A stretch of DNA of 64,000 nucleotides from an uncultured Candidatus Saccharibacteria bacterium (GTDB lineage Bacteria > Patescibacteriota > UBA1384 > CAILIB01), in the NCBI GenBank assembly GCA_964593885.1, contig CAZQKK010000002.1, positions 84,363 to 148,362 of the forward strand, given 5' to 3'. Positions 1-13,300 of the stretch are shown piece after piece (the stretch's first letter is position 1; the number at the start of each line of letters is the position of its first letter). A program made the translations under genes and the position numbers. The notes below the pieces were generated by a model, which saw only the letters and a list, made by a program, of their open reading frames with translations, did not search any database and was not told the DNA's origin.

Positions 1-227
1 TCCACGATGAGGTTGAGAAGTACGGTGAGGCTGCTCGGATGCTCTTTACCGTGAAGCCTGGTGTTACCGGTTTGTGGCAAGTTTCAGGCAGGAACGATAC
101 CACCTTCGCCGAGAGAATTCAGCTTGATATTAGGTACATCGAGAACTGGAACCTATTCTGGGACCTCCTCATCATGATCAAAACAGTAAGCGTATTCATT
201 CCTAAGCGCGGAAAAGGAGCCTACTAG
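1..227 (+). CDS. Sugar transferase, C-terminal fragment (polyprenyl glycosylphosphotransferase, WbaP/EpsL-like). The 5' end is cut by the window edge.
   Basis: An in-frame read from nt 3 gives ...HDEVEKYGEAARMLFTVKPGVTGLWQVSGRNDTTFAERIQLDIRYIENWNLFWDLLIMIKT. The GLWQVSGR / R-x-D / IENWSL-like C-terminal motifs are those of bacterial sugar transferases. Confidence 0.6.
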   Translation, partial: HDEVEKYGEAARMLFTVKPGVTGLWQVSGRNDTTFAERIQLDIRYIENWNLFWDLLIMIKTVSVFIPKRGKGAY

Positions 228-1336
228 TGTCCAAGGAGCGTCTCAAGGTTGCCCTTGCTCACGACTACCTCAACTCATGGGGTGGAGGCGAAAGAGTTCT
301 CGCCATCTTTAGGGAGCTCTACCCAAAGAGTGACGTCTTTGCCATCACCCACGACCCTGAAAAGGTGTCTGGGCACGTTGATTTTCCAGTCAAAACATCG
401 TTCCTCCAAAAGATGCCGCTTGCGGTGAAGTTCCACAAGTGGTTCTTGGTACTGATGCCGCTAGCGGTGCACAAGCTTGATTTCAGTGGCTACCAGCTCA
501 TTCTCTCAGATAGCTCAGGGTTCATTAAGGGTCTTCGGGCGCCTAAGGGTGCACTCCACGTCTGCTACATCCATACGGCAACCCGCTACCTCACTGTAGA
601 CAAACAGTATTTCAAAGAGAGTGTTCCAAAGGTTGTCCAGTGGGCGGTGCCACCTTTCCTCAAGTGGTTAGCAAGGATTGATAGGAAAGATGCCCAGCTA
701 CCAGATGTCTACATTGCCAACTCAGAAGAAACCTCAAAAAGGGTAGAGACTTACTACGGTAGGAAGGTTGATGCTGTCATTTTCCCACCAGTTGATACCG
801 AGGCTTTCTACCGAAAGCATTCAGACAAGGTGGAGGATTTCTACCTGGTTGCTGGGAGACTCGCTCCCTACAAACGTTTCGATCTCGCCATTACCGCTTG
901 CAACAAACTAAGCAAGAAACTGGTGGTCATTGGAGCTGGCCCAGAAGAAGAGGCCCTCCGGGAAATCTCCGGAGAAACTGTTGAGTTTAGGGGAAAGGTT
1001 TCAGATGAAGAGCTTAGGAAGGCGTACGCTTCGTGCAAGGCAATGATTTTCCCGCCCCTCGAGGATGCTGGTATGACGCCGCTTGAGTGTATGGCGTGTG
1101 GCAGGCCAGTTATCGCCTACGGGAAAGGTGGAGCACTTGAATCCGTGGTTGAAGGGAAGACCGGAACATTCTTTCCGGAGCAGACGGTTGATTCACTCGT
1201 GAGTGCCATTGAAAGGTTTGAATCACGTAGGTGGGACGAACGCGAAATCATCTCCCAAGCGGATAAATTCAGTAAGGCTAGCTTCAAGGAAAAGGTCTCA
1301 GCGGTTATTGAAAACTCACTCGCCCAAAGGTTATAG
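227..1336 (+). CDS. Glycosyltransferase family 4 (GT-B fold).
   Basis: The C-terminal EDAGMTPLECMACGRPVIAYGKGGALESVVEGKTGTFF matches the GT4 E-x7-E signature region. Confidence 0.7.
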   Translation: MSKERLKVALAHDYLNSWGGGERVLAIFRELYPKSDVFAITHDPEKVSGHVDFPVKTSFLQKMPLAVKFHKWFLVLMPLAVHKLDFSGYQLILSDSSGFIKGLRAPKGALHVCYIHTATRYLTVDKQYFKESVPKVVQWAVPPFLKWLARIDRKDAQLPDVYIANSEETSKRVETYYGRKVDAVIFPPVDTEAFYRKHSDKVEDFYLVAGRLAPYKRFDLAITACNKLSKKLVVIGAGPEEEALREISGETVEFRGKVSDEELRKAYASCKAMIFPPLEDAGMTPLECMACGRPVIAYGKGGALESVVEGKTGTFFPEQTVDSLVSAIERFESRRWDEREIISQADKFSKASFKEKVSAVIENSLAQRL

Positions 1337-1384
1337 CCAAGCAGTTCTAATCTGTGGTAGACTACTTTGGTAAGGGGCCCTTAG

Positions 1385-3517
<2,133 letters not shown>

Positions 3518-3525
3518 TTCTTGCT

Positions 3526-6150
3526 ATGGCAACTGAAACCCCCAACCCAGAACTAGACGACGTTTCAAACATCATCCCTGAAGGGTCTGAAGATGCTCCT
3601 GCAGCAGCTGATCTTGAGGTGAACGAAGAGCCAAGCCTAGAGCTTGTCCAGACAGCTCTCAGTACCACAGAGCCAACCCACATTGATGGGGTAGGTTTGG
3701 TGCAGGGACGCGATATCGTGAGGGAAATGCAGAAGTCCTACCTGGACTACGCCATGTCGGTTATCGTTTCACGTGCCCTCCCAGATGCGAGAGATGGCTT
3801 AAAGCCCATTCACCGCCGTATCCTCTTCGCCATGAATGAGATGGGTCTCAGGCACAACGTGAAGTACCAGAAGTCAGCTCAGACGGTTGGACAGGTAATG
3901 GGTTACTACCACCCACACGGAGATGCTGCCATCTACGACTCACTGGTTCGTATGGCACAGCCATTCTCAATGAGTCACACCCTCATTGATGGACAGGGTA
4001 ACTTTGGCTCAATCGACGGTGACTCTGCCGCTGCCATGCGTTACACCGAGTCTCGTATGGCAAAGATTGCCTCAGAGCTCTTGGCTGACATCGATAAAGA
4101 CACCGTTCCCTTTGTAGACACCTACGACGGTTCACGCAAAGAGCCAAACGTCCTGCCTTCAAAGGTACCAAACCTCCTCCTCAACGGTGGCTTGGGAATT
4201 GCAGTAGGAATGGCAACCAACATTCCTCCTCACAACCTCACTGAGGTTTGTAACGGGGTAATTGCTCTCATTGATAAGCCAGACTCCACAGCTGAAGAGC
4301 TGATGGCGTACGTTACGGGGCCTGATTTCCCAACCGGTGCTGAGATCTACGCCGGTACTGGCCTCAAAGATGCATACACCACCGGAAGAGGCAAGTTTAC
4401 CATCAGGTCTATTGCTGAGATTGAGGAGAAGAAGAACGGCTTCAGGATCATCGTCTCCAAGATTCCATACCAGGTGAACAAAGCAGAGATGGTGGCAAAG
4501 ATTGCCGACCTGGTGAAGGACAAGAAGATTGATGGCATCACCGATATTAGGGACGAATCAAACCGTGAGGGTATCCGAGTGGTGATTGAGCTTCGTGCCA
4601 ACAGCTACCCAAAGAAGGTGCTGAACAAGCTCTACGAGATGACTCCTCTCCAGACCACCTACCACATCAATATGCTTGCCCTCGTGAACGAGGTAGAGCC
4701 ACGGGTGCTCAACCTGCAGGAAGTCTTGCAGGAGTTCATTTCACACCGCCAAGTAGTGGTAAGGCGAAGGGCTGAGTACGACCTCCTCAAGGCTAAGGAG
4801 CGCGCCCACATTCTTGAAGGCTTGCTCATTGCCCTCGACAACATTGATGAGGTAGTGAAGGTAATCCGTGCTTCAAAGAACCGTGAAGTTGCTCGTGACC
4901 AGTTGATGCTCAAGTTCAAGCTCTCTGACCTCCAGAGCAATGCTATCCTCGACATGCGTCTCTCAAGCCTCGTTGGCCTTGAGCGTCAGCGCCTCCAGGA
5001 TGAGTACGATGAGAAGATGAAGCTCATTGCCTTCCTAGAAGACCTCCTCGCCCACGAAGAAAAGATTCTCGCTGTTATCCGCAAGGAGACCGAGGAGATT
5101 AGGGATCAGTACGGGGTGGAGCGAAGAACTCGCATCATCAATGCTGATGTTAAGGGCTTCACCGCTGAAGATCTCATTCCAAACGAGGATGTGATCATTT
5201 CGCTCACCAAGACCAACTACATCAAGCGTGTAGCCAAGGACACCTACCGTAGCCAGGGCCGAGGCGGAAAAGGGGTGACTGGCATGAACACAAAGGATGA
5301 AGACGAGGTTGCCTTCCTCTTGGCTGCTAAGACCCACGATGTGGTCTACTTCTTCACCGACAGTGGTAAGCTCTACCGCACCCAGGTGTACGAGATCCCA
5401 CAGGCAAGCAGACAGGCTAAAGGCTCAAGCATTGTTAACGTCATCCAGATTGGCCAGAACGAGAAAGTTACTGCAATGCTCTGTCTACCAAAAGCCAGGG
5501 AAGCAGCTGGCGGCTACTTCATCATGGGTACCACCGATGGAACCGTGAAGAAGACAGAGATTAAGGCTTACGCCAACGTGAGGAAGAACGGTATTATCGC
5601 CATCAACCTTGCTAAGGGCAACCAGCTCCAATGGGTTGAGCCTTCAGATGGTAAGGATAGTGTGCTCATGGTTACTGCCAAAGCCCAGGCAATCCTCTTC
5701 AAGGAAGAGGAAATTAGACCTACAGGAAGATCTGCTTCAGGGGTTAGAGGTATGAAGCTACGACCAGATGACCTAGTGGTCTCTATGGATGTTCTATCAG
5801 ACACAGCATTAAAAGAAGATGAAATGCTTGTGGTCTTTGAGAACGGATTTGGTAAGCGCACCTCACTTACCGAGTTTGACCTCCAGCACCGCGCTGGTAT
5901 GGGAATAAAGGCAGCTGCAGTTACGGCAAAAGTTGGTTCTGTCGTCCACGCTTCAGTAGTGCGTGGAGCTGAAGGTGATCTAGTTCTCATCTCGAGTAAG
6001 GGAACGGTGATTAAGACTCCAATGAAGAGTGTAAAGAAACTTGGAAGGGTAACCCAGGGGGTAACCCTCATGCGTCTCAATGGCACTGAAAAGGTTGCAA
6101 GCGCCACCATCCTTCCTGAAGGTACTGAAGAAGAGGTTGAGGCAAACTAG
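3526..6150 (+). CDS. gyrA: DNA gyrase subunit A.
   Basis: [32 protein letters not shown], an active-site Tyr region, and C-terminal beta-pinwheel repeats. Confidence 0.95.
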   Translation: MATETPNPELDDVSNIIPEGSEDAPAAADLEVNEEPSLELVQTALSTTEPTHIDGVGLVQGRDIVREMQKSYLDYAMSVIVSRALPDARDGLKPIHRRILFAMNEMGLRHNVKYQKSAQTVGQVMGYYHPHGDAAIYDSLVRMAQPFSMSHTLIDGQGNFGSIDGDSAAAMRYTESRMAKIASELLADIDKDTVPFVDTYDGSRKEPNVLPSKVPNLLLNGGLGIAVGMATNIPPHNLTEVCNGVIALIDKPDSTAEELMAYVTGPDFPTGAEIYAGTGLKDAYTTGRGKFTIRSIAEIEEKKNGFRIIVSKIPYQVNKAEMVAKIADLVKDKKIDGITDIRDESNREGIRVVIELRANSYPKKVLNKLYEMTPLQTTYHINMLALVNEVEPRVLNLQEVLQEFISHRQVVVRRRAEYDLLKAKERAHILEGLLIALDNIDEVVKVIRASKNREVARDQLMLKFKLSDLQSNAILDMRLSSLVGLERQRLQDEYDEKMKLIAFLEDLLAHEEKILAVIRKETEEIRDQYGVERRTRIINADVKGFTAEDLIPNEDVIISLTKTNYIKRVAKDTYRSQGRGGKGVTGMNTKDEDEVAFLLAAKTHDVVYFFTDSGKLYRTQVYEIPQASRQAKGSSIVNVIQIGQNEKVTAMLCLPKAREAAGGYFIMGTTDGTVKKTEIKAYANVRKNGIIAINLAKGNQLQWVEPSDGKDSVLMVTAKAQAILFKEEEIRPTGRSASGVRGMKLRPDDLVVSMDVLSDTALKEDEMLVVFENGFGKRTSLTEFDLQHRAGMGIKAAAVTAKVGSVVHASVVRGAEGDLVLISSKGTVIKTPMKSVKKLGRVTQGVTLMRLNGTEKVASATILPEGTEEEVEAN

Positions 6151-6159
6151 AAACTTTCT

Positions 6160-6188
6160 AAAACTAGCCGTTCGTGTCGGCTAGTTTT
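6160..6188 (+). terminator. Intrinsic terminator hairpin downstream of gyrA.
   Basis: Perfect 11-bp inverted repeat aaaactagccg / cggctagtttt around loop ttcgtgt, followed by ggtttg. Confidence 0.5.
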
Positions 6189-6202
6189 GGTTTGCCCTCC
6201 AG

Positions 6203-6231
6203 TGGCAAGCTTTCCAGATTTGTGGTATACT
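6203..6231 (+). promoter_or_regulatory. Candidate sigma70-type promoter with extended -10 for infB.
   Basis: tggcaa, a 17-nt spacer, then TGgTATACT, about 20 nt upstream of the infB ATG. Confidence 0.35.
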
Positions 6232-6250
6232 CCCAAAGAAGTAAACAGCT

Positions 6251-8041
6251 ATGGCCGAAAAAACTCCCATCCAAATTCCGTCAGTCCTCACCGTAAAGCA
6301 GCTTGCCGACATCCTCGGCCAGCCGGTTACCAGTGTCATCGCAAAGTTGATGGGCTTTGGCGTACTCGCCACCATTAACGAGGATGTGGATTTTGATACG
6401 GCGGCCATTATCGCCGATGACTTTGGCGTCCAGGTTACTCGCGCAGAAAAGGTAAAGTCAGTTGTTTCAAACAAGCGCGTCCTTGAGACGGTTACCAAAG
6501 ACATCAGGCAACGCCCAGCCATCGTGACCATCATGGGACACGTAGACCACGGTAAAACCAGCCTCCTGGATACCATTAGGAAGACTAACGTTGCTGCGGG
6601 TGAGTCTGGTGGTATTACCCAACACATTAGTTCGTACCAGATTCAAATTCAGCCAAAAGCTGGTGGTGATAAACGTACCATTACGTTCCTTGATACACCT
6701 GGACACTCAGCTTTTGAGGCAATGCGTCGTCACGGTGCCCAGATTACAGACCTTGTAGTACTCGTAGTTGCTGCTGATGACGGCATCAAGCCTCAGACCG
6801 TTGAGGCAATCAACCACGCCAAGCAGATGCAGGTGCCAATCCTTGTTGCCGCCAACAAGATGGATAAGCCTGATGCAGACCTAGATCGGCTCAAAGCCCA
6901 GCTTGCCGAGTACGACCTCACCCCTGAAGATTGGGGAGGAAAGACTACCCTCGTCCCAGTATCAGCCCTCCAGGGAACAGGTGTTGAAGATCTCTTAGAG
7001 ATGATCCTTCTCTCCACAGATATCCGTGAGCTCAAAGCTAACTACGATGTTCCAGCTGTTGGAGTAGTTGTAGAGTCACAGATTAGGCCAGGTATCGGAC
7101 CTACGGCAACCGTTCTCATCCAGAACGGTGTTGCTAAAGTGGGTGACTTTGTCGCTATTGGCAGTGTCTCGGGAAGAATCAGAACCATGACCGATCACAA
7201 GGGAAAGAAAATCCTTGAGGGAACTCCGTCCATGCCAGTGCTCATTAGTGGACTCTCAGGAGTGCCACACTTTGGTGAGCAGTTTGCCATCTTCACCTCA
7301 GAGCGTGAAGCACGTGAGTCAGCACGCCAGTTCTTGCGTGGGCAGGGCGCAAAGCGTGCAGCAAGTGCTGGAAAAGCAGGGCTAAACGTAAAGGCTCAGA
7401 AAGAGGGTGAGAAGAGCATCATGAACGTGGTAGTGAAGGCAGATGCCATTGGTTCACTTGAGGCAATTAGGGCTGGTCTTGATCAGATGAGAAACGATGC
7501 CGTTGAGGTACGAATTGTTGCAGATGGAGTAGGTGACATCAGCGAAGGTGACGTCACCATGGCACGTACTGCCAGTGCACTCGTTCTAGGTTTCCATGTT
7601 CGTATTCCCGCAGCCGTTAAGACCATTTCAGATCGTGAGAAGGTAGATGTTGCACTCTACAGTGTCGTCTACGAGCTTTTTGACGCTATCCGTGAAGCAT
7701 TGGCAGAATTGATGCCGATGGTTGACGTTGAGCACCAAATTGGCCAGCTCAAGATTCTCGCCCGTTTCAGGGATAACCGAAAGAATATCGTTCTCGGTGG
7801 GCGTGTTGAAGAAGGAGTGATGGAGCCTAAGAAACTAGCTAGAGTCCTCAGGGGTGATAAGGTTGTGTCAGAAGGTAAGATTCTCACCCTCCGCCGTGGA
7901 AAAGATGAGGTAAAGAGCATTAGTACCGGTTCTGAGTGTGGCCTCGAGCTCTCTCTTGGCGAAGGTGCTGCTGATGTTGCCGTTGGTGATGTTGTACAGC
8001 TCTACCGCACCGAACAGGTCCGAGCATCGCTTGGTTTGTAA
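6251..8041 (+). CDS. infB: Translation initiation factor IF-2, short form lacking the long N-terminal domains.
   Basis: G-domain [20 protein letters not shown] and NKMD motifs, and a C-terminal beta-barrel. Confidence 0.9.
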   Translation: MAEKTPIQIPSVLTVKQLADILGQPVTSVIAKLMGFGVLATINEDVDFDTAAIIADDFGVQVTRAEKVKSVVSNKRVLETVTKDIRQRPAIVTIMGHVDHGKTSLLDTIRKTNVAAGESGGITQHISSYQIQIQPKAGGDKRTITFLDTPGHSAFEAMRRHGAQITDLVVLVVAADDGIKPQTVEAINHAKQMQVPILVAANKMDKPDADLDRLKAQLAEYDLTPEDWGGKTTLVPVSALQGTGVEDLLEMILLSTDIRELKANYDVPAVGVVVESQIRPGIGPTATVLIQNGVAKVGDFVAIGSVSGRIRTMTDHKGKKILEGTPSMPVLISGLSGVPHFGEQFAIFTSEREARESARQFLRGQGAKRAASAGKAGLNVKAQKEGEKSIMNVVVKADAIGSLEAIRAGLDQMRNDAVEVRIVADGVGDISEGDVTMARTASALVLGFHVRIPAAVKTISDREKVDVALYSVVYELFDAIREALAELMPMVDVEHQIGQLKILARFRDNRKNIVLGGRVEEGVMEPKKLARVLRGDKVVSEGKILTLRRGKDEVKSISTGSECGLELSLGEGAADVAVGDVVQLYRTEQVRASLGL

Positions 8042-8074
8042 GTATTCTTGGCTCTGGTTGGGGATTATAGCTAC

Positions 8075-8103
8075 TTGCAAAAGCTCGTCCCTCGTGGTAC
8101 AAT
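8075..8103 (+). promoter_or_regulatory. Candidate sigma70 promoter giving a roughly 130-nt leader for the LysM/M23 gene.
   Basis: TTGCAA, exactly 17 nt, then TACAAT. Confidence 0.45.
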
Positions 8104-8236
8104 TTGGAGGTGCAAATCTGACTTGTAAGGTGTTCTAAGGGCATTAGAGCACAGCACGGAGGAGTTTATTCTCACCACTAAGACGGAACCTCCCAGTCCA
8201 TTTGGACAGAGAGTTACCCGTTACTCCAGACGCGTC

Positions 8237-9223
8237 TTGTGTTCTGGTTACACCACAATCAGTCTTGCTGCAGCGGCTACGTACAGCCGTGTAGCTCGTA
8301 ATAAAGTACGTTTTTTCTCAACTATTACCGTAGCTACTGCACTCGTTGCAAGCCTCGGAGTTTGGGCATTTCATCGCCCAGCTGTACTTGCTAGTGGTGA
8401 TGCTGAGAGAATCAGTTTCGTTATTGGCACCTACCTCTACCCAGATACCCTCACCTCAAACCTAGACTTTGGTCTCCAAGAGGTCGCTTTTGAAGGGCAG
8501 GCCACTGGTGGAAGTAACACTGAGAATGCTCCAAGAACTGAGCCTAAAGAGCACACGGTTCAATCTGGGGAAACCCTCAGTGGGATTGCCTCTCTCTACG
8601 ATCTTTCAAGTGATACCCTCCTGGTAGCTAACCCTGTTCTTGCAAGCAACAAGCACATGATTAAACCAGGTCAGGTGCTGATCATTCCTGTCACTGAGGC
8701 AACTGATGCAGAAGTAGATAAGGTTATTGCTAAGGTTGAGAAAGAGAAGGCTGCCAAGGCAAAGACAGCAGCTGCCACAAAGAGCAAGACAACTGCAGCT
8801 GAGAAGAAGGCTCTAGGTAGCGCCCTCCTTGCAAAGGGAACCGGTGAGACCAGCCAGTCAAACTTTAGGGTGCCTATTACCTACAAGTACATTTCCCAGT
8901 ACTTTGGTGGCCACCACACCGGTGCAGACTACGTCGCTCCAGTTGGTACCCCAATTTATGCTACAGCTGATGGTTGCTTCATTCACGTAGCGCGCGGAGG
9001 TTGGAATGGAGGCTACGGAAATGTCAGTATCCAACAAATTGGCTCTGGGATAAGTGCCCTCTATGCCCACCAGTCTGATCAGTACGTGAAAACTGGTGAG
9101 TGTGTGAGCAAAGGGGATATGATTGGTAGGGTAGGTCTTACAGGAAAGACAACCGGCGCTCACCTCCACTTTGAGATTAGAATTAACGGAACTGCGGTTA
9201 ACCCGCTTAGGTACTTCAAGTAA
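8237..9223 (+). CDS. Cell-wall hydrolase: an N-terminal membrane/signal anchor, a LysM domain and a C-terminal M23 (LytM) metallopeptidase.
   Basis: LysM: TVQSGETLSGIASLYDLSSDTLLVANPVL...IKPGQVLIIP. M23: HHTGADYVAPVGTPIYATADG...GAHLHFEIRINGTAVNP. Confidence 0.8.
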   Translation: MCSGYTTISLAAAATYSRVARNKVRFFSTITVATALVASLGVWAFHRPAVLASGDAERISFVIGTYLYPDTLTSNLDFGLQEVAFEGQATGGSNTENAPRTEPKEHTVQSGETLSGIASLYDLSSDTLLVANPVLASNKHMIKPGQVLIIPVTEATDAEVDKVIAKVEKEKAAKAKTAAATKSKTTAAEKKALGSALLAKGTGETSQSNFRVPITYKYISQYFGGHHTGADYVAPVGTPIYATADGCFIHVARGGWNGGYGNVSIQQIGSGISALYAHQSDQYVKTGECVSKGDMIGRVGLTGKTTGAHLHFEIRINGTAVNPLRYFK

Positions 9224-10242
9224 TGTTTGTAGACGAAAAGCAACTGACGGTAACGGCTGGAAAGGGTGGCGATGGTGCCACCCTCTTTCGACGTGAAAAG
9301 TATGTTGCCTTTGGTGGACCCGATGGTGGGGATGGTGGCAGAGGGGGAAGCATCTACCTTGTAGGTACCGCGAACCTCCACGCCCTCAACCACCTTGCCT
9401 ACACCGATAAAATTGAGGCAGAAGCTGGGCTGATTGGTGGACACCAGAAATCATCAGGCAAATCAGGTGAACACACTAAGGTGCTCCTCCCACTTGGTAC
9501 AGTAGTTTCAGTGCAGCAAGAAGATGGTTCCTACACAGATGTTGTTGAGTTTAAGGAAGAGGGGGAAGAGTTTCTCATCGCTAAAGGTGGAAACGGCGGT
9601 TGGGGAAACTGGCACTTCAAATCTTCAATCCAGCAAACTCCAGATAGGCACAATGATGGCCTGCCTGGAGAAAAGAAGGTGCTCAAGCTTACCCTCAAAC
9701 TCATTGCAGATGTAGGGCTGATTGGTCTTCCAAACGCAGGGAAGTCTACACTTCTTTCAGTTATTTCGGCAGCAAAGCCAAAGATTGCAAACTATCCCTT
9801 CACCACCCTTGAGCCGCAGCTTGGTGTTGCTAACCTCAAACGTGGTACTGAAACTGATCAAGTAGTTGTGGCAGACGTGCCAGGACTCATTGAAGGTGCT
9901 TCAGAAGGAAAAGGACTTGGAACGAAGTTCCTCAAGCACGTGGAGCGAACAAAACTACTCGTCCACTGTATTGATGTCACTACTCCAACCGAGGACCTCA
10001 GTTCAACATACGACACCATCAGGAAAGAACTTGCAGGTTGGAGCGAAGTCCTTGCTGCCAAAGATGAGATAACTGTGCTCACCAAGTCTGAACTAGTACA
10101 TCCTGATGAACTAGAAGAAAAGCGTAAACTTCTCGCCAAGCACACCAAAAAACCGGTACTGAGTATTTCGGCGGTTACCCAGCAAGGCCTCCAAGAGCTT
10201 CTCGCCACGGTTGTAGAGGCAACTAAGAACGTCGCTCAATAG
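9223..10242 (+). CDS. obg: GTPase Obg/CgtA.
   Basis: Gly-rich Obg fold FVDEKQLTVTAGKGGDGATLFRREKYVAFGGPDGGDGGRGGSIYL, then a G domain ADVGLIGLPNAGKST. Confidence 0.9.
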   Translation: MFVDEKQLTVTAGKGGDGATLFRREKYVAFGGPDGGDGGRGGSIYLVGTANLHALNHLAYTDKIEAEAGLIGGHQKSSGKSGEHTKVLLPLGTVVSVQQEDGSYTDVVEFKEEGEEFLIAKGGNGGWGNWHFKSSIQQTPDRHNDGLPGEKKVLKLTLKLIADVGLIGLPNAGKSTLLSVISAAKPKIANYPFTTLEPQLGVANLKRGTETDQVVVADVPGLIEGASEGKGLGTKFLKHVERTKLLVHCIDVTTPTEDLSSTYDTIRKELAGWSEVLAAKDEITVLTKSELVHPDELEEKRKLLAKHTKKPVLSISAVTQQGLQELLATVVEATKNVAQ

Positions 10243-10249
10243 CTATTTG

Positions 10250-10278
10250 TTGACCCAGAGCCCTATATCTGGTAAGGT
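10250..10278 (+). promoter_or_regulatory. Candidate promoter for rpoB-rpoC.
   Basis: TTGACC, a 17-nt spacer, then TAAGGT in the 150-nt obg-rpoB gap. Confidence 0.4.
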
Positions 10279-10392
10279 TAATCTCGCATAGAAGTTCTCT
10301 TTCACAGCCACCCACGAACGCCAGGTCCCCCGGTGAAGGAGAGAATGGACTGCACTATCTAAGCAGCCCTTTTTAACGTTGGAGAAGCAGCT

Positions 10393-13300
10393 ATGGCAGC
10401 ACCTGCAGCGCAGCGTCGGCGTACTATTGGGACGGTAAGTTTTACCTACCCGCTTCCTAACCTCATCGAGGTTCAGACGAAGTCGTATCAGTGGCTTTTG
10501 AATGATGGTGTTCGTGAACTTCTGGATGAGATCTCTCCTATTGAGGACTTTACCGGGAAGAACCTAGTCCTGGAATTTAAAGACTTCACCTTTGAAGCGC
10601 CAAAGTTGAGCGCTGATGAGGCACTTGATAAGAACATGAGCTTTAGGTCACAGCTCAAGGTTCGCGCCGTTCTCACCAACCGTCAAACCGGTGAAGTGAA
10701 AGAGAACGACGTCTTTTTGGGTGAATTCCCAATGATGACCCGTAACGGTACCTTCATCATCAATGGTGTTGAGCGTGCGGTTGTTTCACAGATCGTTCGT
10801 TCGTACGGTGTACTCTTCACCGCAGAGCAAACTGCTGACAAGCAGCTCTTTGGTGCTAAGCTCATCCCATCACGTGGTGCATGGCTTGAGTTTGAAACCA
10901 GCTCACGCAACGTTATCTCAGTTAAGGTAGACCGTAAGCGTCGTATTCCGGTTACCACCCTACTTCGTGCCCTTGGGTACGGCGAGACTGAGGAAATCAG
11001 GAAGCTCTTCACCGATGTAGATGGTGAAGGCGAGAACTCATACATTGACGCAACCCTAGACAAAGACCCAGCTGAGAGCCAGGAAGAGGGTTACGTTGAA
11101 GTGTACAAGCGTATTCGCCCAGGTGACCTCGCTACCCCAGAGAACGCTCAGGCATTCCTAGAAGCCCTCTTCTACAGCCCAAAGCGCTACGACCTCGGTC
11201 ACGTTGGACGTTACAAGATCAACAAGCGTCTCGGTCTCGATGTTCCAAATGACAAGGACAACCGCGTCCTCCGTCCTCAGGACATCGTTGAGATTGTTAA
11301 GGAAATCATTAGGCTCAACACCACCAAGGGTGCTGCAGCTGATGACATGGACAGCCTCTTCAACCGTCGTGTTCGTTCCGTTGGTGAGCTCGTTCAGAAC
11401 CGCATGCGCGTTGGTATGGTTCGCCTAGAGCGAAACATTCGTGACCGTATGTCAGTTTGTGACCTCGACACCGTTACCCCAGCACAGCTGGTGAACAGCC
11501 GACCAATCGTTGCGGCTCTCCAGGAATTCTTCGCTTCGTCCCAGCTCTCACAGTTCATGAACCAGACCAACCCAATTGCCGAGCTTGAGCACAAGCGCTG
11601 TCTGACGGCTACTGGTCAGGGTGGACTCTCACGTGAGCGCGCCGGATTTGAGGTACGTGACGTTCACACCTCACACTACGGACGCATGTGTCCTATTGAG
11701 ACTCCAGAAGGTCCAAACATCGGTCTCGTACAGTACCTCGCTTCATACGCACAGGTTAACGACTACGGCTTCATTGAAACCCCATACCGCAAGGTACTGG
11801 ACAAAGATGGTAAGCGTTTCGTAACCAACGACGTTGTCTACCTAGACGCTGCCGAAGAAGAGAAGTACGTTATCGCTCCTGCATCAATCAAGGTTGATGA
11901 GAAGGGGATGATTACCGACAAGAAGACTGTGGTACGCAAGTTTGGTAAGCCAAGCATTGAGGGTATCGAGAAGATTGACTACGTTGACGTTGCTTCGCAG
12001 CAGGCGTTCTCAATCACCACCAACCTCATTCCAGGTCTTGCTAACGACGATGCAGCCCGTGCCTCCATGGGATCAAACATGCAACGTCAGGCTGTTCCTA
12101 CCATCCGCCCATCAGCTCCAGTAGTTGGTACCGGCCTTGAGGAACAGGCTGCAGCGCAGTCTGGTCACGTTATCCTTTCAGACGTTGATGGTGAGGTTGC
12201 TTCAGTAGCTTCAGACCAGGTGATCGTTAAAGACACCAAGGGTACCGACCACCTCTACAAGTTGGCAAAGTTTGTTAGATCCAACCAGGGAACCCTGATG
12301 AGTCAGCGTCCAGCCGTTGCGGTTGGCGACAAGATCAAGAAGGGTGGATTCCTCGCTGACTCAAGCGCTACCGATAAAGGAGAGCTCGCTCTCGGACAGA
12401 ACGTCCTCGTGGCGTACATGTCGTGGGGTGGCTACAACTTTGAGGACGCCATCATCATCTCTGAGCGTCTTGTACAGCAGGACAACTACACCTCAATTCA
12501 CATTGAGAAGTACACCCTTGATGTTCGTGACACCAAGCTTGGGCCTGAGCAGATTACCCGAGACATTCCAAACGTTGGTGAAGAAGCGCTGAGGAACCTT
12601 GATGCAGAGGGTGTTGTGCTCGTAGGTGCTGAGGTAGAGTCTGGCGACATCCTCGTTGGAAAGATTTCTCCAAAGGGTGAAACTGAGCTTACCGCTGAAG
12701 AGCGTCTCCTTCGTGCCGTATTCGGTGAGAAGGCAAAGGATGTTAGAGATAGCTCACTGAGGCTCCCACACGGAGAGCGTGGTAAGGTTATCGGTATCAA
12801 GATGTTCTCTAAGGAGAACGATGACGAACTCCAGACAGGTGTATTCCAGTCTGTTGAAATCACCGTTGCACAGCTTCGCAAGATCTCAGTTGGAGACAAG
12901 CTTGCTGGACGTCACGGAAACAAGGGAGTTATCTCAATCATCGTACCAGTAGAAGACATGCCGTACCTTGAGGACGGAACCCCTATCGATATGATCCTCA
13001 ACCCACTGGGTGTAGTAGGACGTATGAACCTTGGTCAAATCATGGAAACTACCCTTGGCTGGGCAGCCCAGAAACAGGGTGAGACCTTCGCAACTCCAGT
13101 CTTCGGCCACCTGACCGACGAGATGATTGCAGCAGAGCTCAAGAAAGCCGGCCTTCCTGAGGACGGTAAGGTTCAGCTCTTCGATGGACGTACTGGAAAA
13201 GCCTACGACAACCGCATTACAGTTGGAGTTAACTACATCCTGAAGCTTAGCCACCTGGTTGACGACAAGATGCACGCTCGCTCAGTTGGTCCTTACAGTA

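Noticed and set aside
5568-6110. 180-aa minus-strand ORF inside gyrA. Other long antisense ORFs inside rpoB, rpoC, fusA and copA fall in the same class, for example 12498..12899, 16220..16522, 20001..20396 and 57588..58181.
   Set aside because: All are opposite strongly conserved coding sequence and look like spurious open frames produced by codon bias.
7938-8138. 66-aa and 74-aa ORFs in the infB-M23 intergenic region.
   Set aside because: They overlap the predicted promoter and leader, and they have no RBS or coding-like composition.
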